A DNA stretch of 64,000 bases. It comes from Acidobacteriota bacterium. Lineage in GTDB: Bacteria > Acidobacteriota > Thermoanaerobaculia > UBA5066 > Gp7-AA6. Location: assembly GCA_027307335.1 (NCBI GenBank), contig DAHUXD010000030.1:2707-66706 (forward strand), given 5' to 3'. Made by a program: the position numbers and the translations under genes. Within the stretch, counting starts at the first letter, position 1. Each line of letters begins with the position of its first letter. The notes below the pieces were generated by a model. It ran no database searches, was not told the DNA's origin, and worked only from the letters and a program-made list of their open reading frames with translations. Of this stretch, positions 18,416 to 25,327 are shown one piece after another.

Positions 18416-19318
18416 TCAGCCCAGGGAAGCCTGCGGCTCGGCCAACTCTCCGGCGCGCGATCCCGGGAACTCCTCCGGGATCGGGCCCGTCAGCGTGAAG
18501 CCGGCCTCGACGATCGCCCGCCGAACGGCGGGGCTCGTGAGGGCGGCGAACTCGGAGAGTCCCGACCCGGTCGAGCCGCCATGGGGCTCGCCCTCTGCCG
18601 GGAGCTCCGGGTGACAGTAGATCTCGACGGCCTCCGCGTCGAGGCGCGGCAGGAGGCGCAGGAGATACGTCTCGTCGACGCGCCCCGTCGCGAGCCGGCC
18701 GTAGACGCGCTCGTGAAACGACACGCCGGCGGGCTCGAGGAGCCTCTCCCCGTGACGCCGCAGCAGACGGAACACGCGGGAGCCGAGGCCGGCGCCGGGG
18801 CCGACGCGCAGCCCGCAGGCCTTCGCGAGGCCCGTCTCCTCGACGGGGAGCCGCACCGTCCGGATCCCGAACTCCCGCGCGAGCGCGGCGAGCGTGTCGA
18901 GGACCACGGGATGGAGGTGCAGATGATGATGCCCGTCGACGTGCGAGAGAGGCAGGCCCGTGTCCCGGAAGCGTTCGAGCTGCGCGCGCATCTCCTGGCG
19001 CAGCTCGGAGGCCGCGATCGGCGGAAACTGCGCGCGGAAGCCCGCCACGAACGGTCCCGGCCGGAACCGGCCGAGGCGGTCGACCAGGTGCGGGATGCGG
19101 GCGGGCGGCAGCGCGGACCAGCCGTCGACGAGCACGAGGTGGATGCCGACGGCGAGCGTCGGGTGGGCGCGCGCCAGGCGGACGGCCTCCTCGAACGCCT
19201 CGCCGGTCACCATGAGGCTCGCGTGCGTGAGGACGCCCCGGCGATGGGCCTCGATGATGGCGCGGTTGACGCCGCGCGAGGCGCCGAAGTCGTCGCCGGT
19301 GATCGTGAGGAGCCTCAG
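18416..19318 (-). CDS. hpnK: YdjC/ChbG-family deacetylase, HpnK-type
   Basis: C-terminal part of track ORF 18416..20626. (L/M)RLLTITGDDFGASRGVNRAIIEAHRRGVLTHASLMV...VGIHLVL...SHVDGHHHLH is typical of YdjC-like enzymes. Only a CTG (19318..19316) can serve as a start that keeps the DDFG motif; see findings. Confidence 0.75.
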   Translation of the reverse strand: MRLLTITGDDFGASRGVNRAIIEAHRRGVLTHASLMVTGEAFEEAVRLARAHPTLAVGIHLVLVDGWSALPPARIPHLVDRLGRFRPGPFVAGFRAQFPPIAASELRQEMRAQLERFRDTGLPLSHVDGHHHLHLHPVVLDTLAALAREFGIRTVRLPVEETGLAKACGLRVGPGAGLGSRVFRLLRRHGERLLEPAGVSFHERVYGRLATGRVDETYLLRLLPRLDAEAVEIYCHPELPAEGEPHGGSTGSGLSEFAALTSPAVRRAIVEAGFTLTGPIPEEFPGSRAGELAEPQASLG

Positions 19319-20739
19319 GCTGCTCCCTCCCGGTTCCTCAGGAACCGCGCGAACTCGGCGCCCTCGCGGAGGCGGCGCTTGAGCATCGTGGCGCTCGTGA
19401 CCATCTCGAGCGTCATCTCGGCCATCTTCTTCGGGCGGAAATAGAAGCGCTTGTAGAACTCCTCGACGGACGCGAAGATCTCTTCGCGCGAGAGGTGCGG
19501 GTAGGAGAGCGACGCGATCTGGACGCCGTCGCCGGAGATCAGCCGGTCCTGGGAGAGCCAGCCCTTCTCCGCCGCCTGCCGGTGGAGCTCCGTTCCGGGA
19601 TAGGGCGCCGCGAGGGAGACCTGGATCGTGTGGGGGTTGATGTCGCGGGCGAAGCGGATCGTGTCCTGAATCGTCTCGCGCGTCTCTCCGGGCAGGCCGA
19701 CGATGAACGTGCCGTGGATGGTGATGCCCAGGCGGTGGCAGTCGGCCGTGAAGCGGCGCGCGACATCGACGCGCGTGCCCTTGCGGATGTTGTTCAGGAT
19801 CTGCTGGCTGCCGGTCTCGTACCCGACGAGCAGCAGCCGCAGGCCGTTGTCGCGCAGGATCTTCAGCGTCTCGTAGGGCACGTTCGCCTTGGCGTTGCAC
19901 GACCACGTCACCCCGAGGCGGCCGAGCCGGACCGCGATGTCCTCCGCCCGCGGCAGGTCGTCCGTGAACGTGTCGTCGTCGAAGAAGTACTCCTTCACGC
20001 GCGGGAAGAGCGCCATCGCGCGGCGGATCTCCTCCGCGACGTTTCCGGCGCTCCGCGTGCGGTAGCGGTGCCCGCCAACGGTCTGCGGCCAGAGGCAGAA
20101 CGTGCATCGGGAGCGGCAGCCCCGGCCGGTGTACAGCGACACGTAGGGATGGAGCAGGTAGCCGATGAAGTAGTCCTCGATCGTCAGGTCGCGGGCGTAG
20201 ACCTCCGTCACGTACGGGAGCCGGTCCATGTCCTCGAGGATCGCGCGCTCGCGGTTGTGCACGATCCGCCCGGACGCGCGGTAGCTCAGGCCCTCGATCG
20301 ACTCGAAGGGGCGCCCCTCCGCGACCTCCTGGATCGTGTAGTCGAACTCGTTGCGGGCGACGAAGTCGATCGCCGGCGAGGCGTTCAGGGCGGCGTCGGG
20401 CGCGACCGCGACGTGCGCGCCGACGAACCCGACCTTCAGACGGGGGTTCGCGGCCTTCAGCGTCTCGGCGACCGCGACGTCCGCGGGGAACGAGGGCGTG
20501 CTCGTGTGGAGCACGGCGAGCTCGTACTCCGGCGCGAGCGGGACGACGTCGTCGAGCGAGAGGCCGCGCGCGGGCGCGTCGATGAGCCGGCTGTCCGGGA
20601 CGAGGGCCGCGGGCTGGGCGAGCCACGTCGGATACCAGAACGAGCGGATCTCCCGGCGCGCCTGATACCGCGAGCCGGCGCCGCCGTCGAAGCCCTCGTA
20701 CGACGGAGGGTTCAAGAACAGGGTCCGGAGGCCGCTCAT
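19315..20739 (-). CDS. hpnJ: B12-binding radical SAM protein, hopanoid-associated HpnJ-type
   Basis: C-terminal 474 aa of track ORF 19315..22284, starting at ATG 20739. MSGLRTLFLNPPSYEGFDGGAGSRYQARREIRSFWYPTWLAQPAA is the N-terminus I associate with HpnJ. Radical SAM cluster motif GRGCRSRCTFCLWP. Confidence 0.85.
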   Translation of the reverse strand: MSGLRTLFLNPPSYEGFDGGAGSRYQARREIRSFWYPTWLAQPAALVPDSRLIDAPARGLSLDDVVPLAPEYELAVLHTSTPSFPADVAVAETLKAANPRLKVGFVGAHVAVAPDAALNASPAIDFVARNEFDYTIQEVAEGRPFESIEGLSYRASGRIVHNRERAILEDMDRLPYVTEVYARDLTIEDYFIGYLLHPYVSLYTGRGCRSRCTFCLWPQTVGGHRYRTRSAGNVAEEIRRAMALFPRVKEYFFDDDTFTDDLPRAEDIAVRLGRLGVTWSCNAKANVPYETLKILRDNGLRLLLVGYETGSQQILNNIRKGTRVDVARRFTADCHRLGITIHGTFIVGLPGETRETIQDTIRFARDINPHTIQVSLAAPYPGTELHRQAAEKGWLSQDRLISGDGVQIASLSYPHLSREEIFASVEEFYKRFYFRPKKMAEMTLEMVTSATMLKRRLREGAEFARFLRNREGAA

Positions 20740-21686
20740 GCGCTCCTCCGCTTCCGGGACGCGGCGTCGGATACCTCGACCGTCGCCGCCCTCCCGTTGT
20801 CGCCGGACGGCAGGAAGCGCAGCGCCAGCCGCACCGCCGCGGGCACGAGACGGGGACGGGGGAGGCGCGCGTCGTAGGACGCGAGGCGCCGGTCGTTTTC
20901 GGCGAGGCAGAGCTCGAGAAACGAACGCGCGGAGAGTTCCTCGAACACCGAGTGGCTTCCCATCATGAATCCCTCCTGCGAGGCGCCGCCGCCGAAACGG
21001 AGGGCGTTGCGGGCGTGTTCGAAGAGCTGGCCGCCGAGGGTCCACACGAAGCGCCCGTCGAACCCGGGGCGGAAGGCCCAGGGGGTGCGGGCCCGCAGGT
21101 AGGCCACCCAGTTGACCACGAAGAGGATGTGGCGGGCTTCCTCCTGCATGATCGGGTCGAAGAGGTCGATCAGGGCCGCCGGGAAGTATTGGGACCGCCT
21201 TCCGATCGCGAAGAGCCCGAACGCGAAGAACGAGTCGATGCACTCGCCGTACCCGGTCGAGACGAACGCCCACCGGGGGTTCCTCGGCCGCTGCGGCGGC
21301 GGGAAGGCGTCGACGGCGATGCCGTACCGCGCGGTCAGGAGCCGGAGGATCTCGGCGTGCCGTCCCTCCTCGTAGCCCTGGAGCGCGATCGCCTCGGCGA
21401 GCGCGGGGTCGGTCTCGGCGGCGCCGAGCGTCTGGACCTTCAGGGCCGTCTCCGCCTCGGTGCGGACGGCTTCGTTCCAGATCGGCAGCGCGGCCAGTCG
21501 TCGCCGACCCTCGTCGTCGAGGTCCGGCCAGGAAATGTCCTCGGGGCGGAACGGCCGATGGGTGTCGACGAACGAGCGGCAGAACGCGCGCTTGTGCTCG
21601 TCGGAACCGATCCAGCCGCCGCGATGCGTCCGCGAAGCGGATGGCGTCGGAGCGTCGTGCACGGGGGCAGTGTACGTTTCGAACAT
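20736..21686 (-). CDS. Ferritin-like / di-iron-carboxylate family protein (function unknown)
   Basis: 316 aa. Two E...ExxH pairs spaced as in four-helix-bundle di-iron enzymes (WNEAVRTEAE ... YEEGRHAE; GYGECIDSF ... MQEEARHIL). Its stop overlaps the hpnJ start (ATGA at 20739..20736). Confidence 0.6.
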   Translation of the reverse strand: MFETYTAPVHDAPTPSASRTHRGGWIGSDEHKRAFCRSFVDTHRPFRPEDISWPDLDDEGRRRLAALPIWNEAVRTEAETALKVQTLGAAETDPALAEAIALQGYEEGRHAEILRLLTARYGIAVDAFPPPQRPRNPRWAFVSTGYGECIDSFFAFGLFAIGRRSQYFPAALIDLFDPIMQEEARHILFVVNWVAYLRARTPWAFRPGFDGRFVWTLGGQLFEHARNALRFGGGASQEGFMMGSHSVFEELSARSFLELCLAENDRRLASYDARLPRPRLVPAAVRLALRFLPSGDNGRAATVEVSDAASRKRRSA

Positions 21687-21738
21687 GAACGTGCATTAAA
21701 TCAAACACATCAGGGGTGCGCAGATATAATTTGCGCTC
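21687..21738. promoter_or_regulatory. Divergent promoter region with two -10-like hexamers, each 8 nt from an ATG
   Basis: AT-rich 52-bp island. Plus strand has TATAAT at 21725..21730, 8 nt before ATG 21739. Minus strand has TGaTTTAAT (hexamer 21700..21695), 8 nt before ATG 21686. No Shine-Dalgarno on either side. Inverted repeat GCGCA-N9-TGCGC spans the plus-strand hexamer. Confidence 0.35.
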
Positions 21739-22431
21739 ATGCGTGTGCTGGTCGTCGAGGACGATCCCCGGATGGCGAGCCTCCTCTCCCGCGCGCTGCG
21801 CGAAGCCGGATACGCGGTGGACGTCTCGCGCGACGGTCTCCAGGCCGCGGATCAGGCGCTCATGGTTCCCTACGATCTGATGGTGCTCGACGTGCTGCTG
21901 CCGGGCATCGACGGGTTCGCGGTCTGTCAGAAGGTGCGCGGAGCCCGCGGCAAGATGCCGATCCTCATGCTCTCCGCGCGGTCGGAGATCGCGGATCGCG
22001 TGCGGGGACTCGACATCGGCGCCGACGACTATCTGCCGAAGCCGTTCGCCGTCGAGGAGCTCCGCGCGAGAGTCGGCGCGCTCCTGAGGCGGCGCACGCT
22101 GCCGCAGCAGATCTCGCTCACCGTCGGCGCGATCCGGCTCGACCGCAGCAAGCGCACGGCGCACGTGCGCGGGCGCGCGGTGGAGCTGACCGCCAAGGAG
22201 TACTCGCTGCTCGAATACCTGCTCCTGAACCGCGGCCGCATCGTCACGCGCCGCGAGATCGCGGAGCACGTGTGGGACGAGCACTTCGATCCGTTCTCGA
22301 ACCTGATCGAGGTGTACGTCGGACGGCTCCGTCAGAAGATCGACGCGAGCACCGACTCGAAGTCCTCCTTCCTGACCACGCGCCGGGGGGAGGGGTACTT
22401 CGTCGAGGACCTGTCGCAGGAGTCCGACTGA
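21739..22431 (+). CDS. OmpR/PhoB-family response regulator
   Basis: 230 aa. Receiver (MRVLVVEDD ... DLMVLDVLLPGIDG ... DDYLPKPF) plus winged-helix output (LTAKEYSLLEYLLLNRGRIVTRREI...VYVGRLRQKI). Confidence 0.9.
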   Translation: MRVLVVEDDPRMASLLSRALREAGYAVDVSRDGLQAADQALMVPYDLMVLDVLLPGIDGFAVCQKVRGARGKMPILMLSARSEIADRVRGLDIGADDYLPKPFAVEELRARVGALLRRRTLPQQISLTVGAIRLDRSKRTAHVRGRAVELTAKEYSLLEYLLLNRGRIVTRREIAEHVWDEHFDPFSNLIEVYVGRLRQKIDASTDSKSSFLTTRRGEGYFVEDLSQESD

Positions 22432-23906
22432 TCCGCCTTCCGATCCGCTGGAAACTCACGCTCTGGTACGGCGCGGCCCTCTCCGCGATCGTGGTGCTCT
22501 TCTCGGTCGCGACCTACGTCCGCTATCGCGCGGCCGCCCTCTCCGCCTTCGACGTGGACCTCCGCAACAATCTGGAGACGCTCCGCGCCGCGCTGGTGGA
22601 GGAGCTCTCCGACGTGCGCCAGCGCCCGATTCCTGGCGCCGAGGGCTCGATCGCCGACCCCCTCCGCTACGCCGCGGGCCGGACCCTCGAGGACTTCCGG
22701 CTGAACGGCCTCTACGCGGAGATCCGGCTCGGGCCGGAGGCGGAGGCCCTGCTCGCGCGGTTGCCCGGCGCGGGCGTCGAAGCCGATCAGGCACTGATTC
22801 CGGATGCGGAGTGGCGCTCGCTCGCGGGGTTCCCGCAGGCGCGCCCGTTTGAGGTCGGTCCCCGGCACCGCGGCAGCGTCGAGACGTTCTCGGCGGCGGG
22901 CGAACCCCGGCCGATCACCGTGGTCGTCGCAGACACGACCCGTCTCGTCGACGCGACGCTCGGCTCGATCCGCCGCGCCCTGATCGAGTTCGGCATCGCG
23001 GGTCTGGCCCTCGCGGTCGCCGGCGGCTACGGCCTGGCGCTCCGCGCGCTGCGGCCGATCGACGTGCTCACGAAGCAGGCTTCGGCCATGGCCTCGCTTC
23101 CGGAATCCGCCGGACCGCACCGCCTGGACGTCCCGAGCCCCGGCGACGAGCTCGGCCGGCTGGCCAGCACCTTCAACAGCCTGCTCGCGAAGATCGACGC
23201 GTCGGTGTCGCAGACGCGCAGCTTCATCGCCGATGCGGCGCACGAGCTGAAGACGCCGGTCGCGATCGTCCGCACGGAAGCCGAGCTTTCGCTGTCGGAG
23301 GAGCGGCCCGTCGAGGAGTATCAGGAGTCGATGCGGGCAATCGCCGCGGAGAGCGCGAGGCTGTCGGCGCTCGTGAGCGACCTGACGCTGCTCGCCGAGG
23401 GGCAGCTGCTCGACAATCCGCTCGAGCATCGGCTCGTGGACCTGAGCGAGCTCCTGCACGAGGTGACGCGCTCGCTGCGCCCCCTCGCGACGAACCGCGG
23501 CATCACCGTCGAGATCGAGACGTCGGGCGGCACGGAGTTCCGCGGGGACGAGCGGCTCCTGCGGAGGATCTCGACGAATCTGCTCGAGAACGCGATCAAG
23601 TTCTCGCCGACCGGGAGCTCCATCGGCGTGGCGGTCGCGGCCGATCCCGGGCGCGTGGAGATCCGCGTCCTCGACGAGGCGCCGACGCTCTCGCCGGAGG
23701 AGCGTGGCAAGGTCTTCGAGCGCTTCTACCGCTCGCCGACGACCCGCGATATCGAGCGCACGGGGAGCGGTCTCGGCCTCGCGATCGCGCAGTGGGCCGT
23801 CAAGCTCCACGGCGGCACGATCCGCGTCGAGCCGCGCAAGGAGCGCGGCAACGCGTTCATCGTCGAGCTCCCGTCCCGAGTCGGCCGCGCGGCGGCCACG
23901 GCGTAG
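22428..23906 (+). CDS. Sensor histidine kinase (two TM segments, HAMP, HisKA, HATPase_c)
   Basis: C-terminal part of track ORF 20952..23906. IRLPIRWKLTLWYGAAL N-terminus, H-box FIADAAHELKTPVAIV, N-box NLLENAIKFSP and G-boxes DEAP...GSGLGLAIA. Probable CTG start in a CTGA overlap with the regulator stop; see findings. Confidence 0.85.
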   Translation: MIRLPIRWKLTLWYGAALSAIVVLFSVATYVRYRAAALSAFDVDLRNNLETLRAALVEELSDVRQRPIPGAEGSIADPLRYAAGRTLEDFRLNGLYAEIRLGPEAEALLARLPGAGVEADQALIPDAEWRSLAGFPQARPFEVGPRHRGSVETFSAAGEPRPITVVVADTTRLVDATLGSIRRALIEFGIAGLALAVAGGYGLALRALRPIDVLTKQASAMASLPESAGPHRLDVPSPGDELGRLASTFNSLLAKIDASVSQTRSFIADAAHELKTPVAIVRTEAELSLSEERPVEEYQESMRAIAAESARLSALVSDLTLLAEGQLLDNPLEHRLVDLSELLHEVTRSLRPLATNRGITVEIETSGGTEFRGDERLLRRISTNLLENAIKFSPTGSSIGVAVAADPGRVEIRVLDEAPTLSPEERGKVFERFYRSPTTRDIERTGSGLGLAIAQWAVKLHGGTIRVEPRKERGNAFIVELPSRVGRAAATA

Positions 23907-23935
23907 TCCTTCGGCCGCGTCGCCGCGGCGAGTAG

Positions 23936-24018
23936 TGCCGGAGGAGGGGGTCGAACCCTCATGCCCTTGCGAGCGGGGGATTTTGAGTCCCCTGCGTCTG
24001 CCATTCCGCCACTCCGGC
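23936..24018 (-). tRNA. tRNA-Leu (anticodon CAA)
   Basis: Folded by hand: GCCGGAG acceptor stem; D arm GCGGAATGGCAGACGC; anticodon stem-loop GGGGA-CUCAAAA-UCCCC (CAA); long variable arm; T arm GAGGG-UUCGACC-CCCUC; CUCCGGC plus discriminator A. CCA is not encoded. Confidence 0.9.
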
Positions 24019-24076
24019 GAGGGCGAGCGCAAGGATAGCGCGCCCGCGCGGGGTGGCGAAGCCCCCGTCGCCCCGG

Positions 24077-25201
24077 CTAGAGCCGCGGCCCGACCAGCGC
24101 GGCGAGCGCGAGCGAGAGGCCCGCCACGAGGACCGCCGCGAGCCCGCCGACGTAGAGCGGGCGCCAGCCCATCTTCCCGAACGCGCGGAGGTTCGTCGAC
24201 AGCCCCACGCCGGCCATCGCGGTCGCGAGCGCCGCGGTCGAGCCGGTCTCGCCGAGCGCCTTGACCAGAGCGGCCCAGCGCGCGGCGTCGAAGGCGCCGA
24301 ACGCGAGCCCGTGCGCCGGGAGGCCCGCGTCGCCGATCGACCGAACGATGGCCATCGCGAGGAAGCCGAGGACGAAGACGGGGAAGAGCTTCGCGACGTT
24401 CACGCGGCGACCCGCGTGCCCGGTCCGGCGAACGTGGAGATACGCGAGCAGCGGCACGACCGCGACGAGAAACACGTTGCGCGTCAGCTTCGTCACCGTC
24501 GCGACGCGGAAGGCGGCCTCGTCGCGAAAGAGCTCCTTGTAGGAGAGCGCCGCGCCCATGACCTGCGACGTGTCGTGAATGCCGGTGCCGAGGAAGAGGC
24601 CGACGGAGGCGGAGTGAGCGCCGAAGAGCCCGTGCGCGAGGTACGGGTAGGCGAGCATCGCGACGAGGCCGAACAGGGTGACGTTGGCGACCGTGTAGGC
24701 GACCTCGCTCTCCTCGGCCTCGATGACCGGGCCGACCGAGAGCGCCGCGGTCACGCCGCAGATCGCGGTCGAGGCGGCGGCCAGCGTGCCGAGGTTGTCC
24801 GACACGCCGATCGCGCGCGCCAGCGCGTGCGCCGCCACGAGCGCGACCACCACGATGATGGCGACGACGGGGATCCCCCAGGCGCCGAGCTTCAGCACGT
24901 CGAACACCGAGAGCCGGATGCCCGCGAGGATGATGCCGAGCCGCAGCATCCGGCGCACCGCGAAGGCGAGCCCGGGCCGGAGCGCCGCGGGCAGCCGGAC
25001 GACGTTGGCGATGACGAGGCCGAGCACGATCGCCATCGAGATCCCCGAGATCGGGCTCGCTCGGCCTGCCGGGTCGATGCCCTGGAGCCGGAGGACCACC
25101 GCGCCGAGCCGGTGCGCGGCCTCGTCCGCGACGAGCATCACGGCGATCGCGGCGAGGAGCCCGGGGAGGACCTCGATCGCCTTCCGAAGGCGAGGTTTCA
25201 T
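24077..25201 (-). CDS. yeiH: YeiH/UPF0324-family membrane protein (putative sulfate exporter family)
   Basis: 374 aa from ATG 25201 (MKPRLRKAIEVLPGLLAAIAV). Highly hydrophobic with about 10 TM segments. ...AASTAICGVTAALSVGPVI...GTGIHDTSQV... resembles this family. Confidence 0.75.
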   Translation of the reverse strand: MKPRLRKAIEVLPGLLAAIAVMLVADEAAHRLGAVVLRLQGIDPAGRASPISGISMAIVLGLVIANVVRLPAALRPGLAFAVRRMLRLGIILAGIRLSVFDVLKLGAWGIPVVAIIVVVALVAAHALARAIGVSDNLGTLAAASTAICGVTAALSVGPVIEAEESEVAYTVANVTLFGLVAMLAYPYLAHGLFGAHSASVGLFLGTGIHDTSQVMGAALSYKELFRDEAAFRVATVTKLTRNVFLVAVVPLLAYLHVRRTGHAGRRVNVAKLFPVFVLGFLAMAIVRSIGDAGLPAHGLAFGAFDAARWAALVKALGETGSTAALATAMAGVGLSTNLRAFGKMGWRPLYVGGLAAVLVAGLSLALAALVGPRL

Positions 25202-25327
25202 GCGGGCGGAGGATATCCCCGAACAGAGCCACCGTCCTCTTCTCGACCCGCCGGAATCGTTCGAGCGGGTCGATGCCTGATGCATCTGGATCAGGGTCGG
25301 TCGAAACGTGCCGCCTACCATCGCTCC

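Noticed and set aside
19315-22284. Apparent 989-aa fusion protein, and likewise 18416..20626, 16153..18288, 20952..23906, 24053..26674, 24077..26308, 25273..27714, 29335..30741, 38004..40205 and 46810..48876
   Set aside because: Only the C-terminal part of each track ORF is a real protein (hpnJ, hpnK, hpnL, the kinase, the COG2403 protein, yeiH, QOR, the MetH-activation-like protein, guaB and mglA). The N-terminal parts are read-through of the upstream gene in another frame and translate to junk. Internal starts at stop/start overlaps fit the family N-termini.
23907-24076. Possible genomic island integrated at tRNA-Leu
   Set aside because: No integrase, recombinase, transposase or phage gene lies on either side. 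I could not see a direct repeat of the tRNA 3' end in the window. The flanking genes (kinase, yeiH) look like ordinary chromosomal genes with the same composition.
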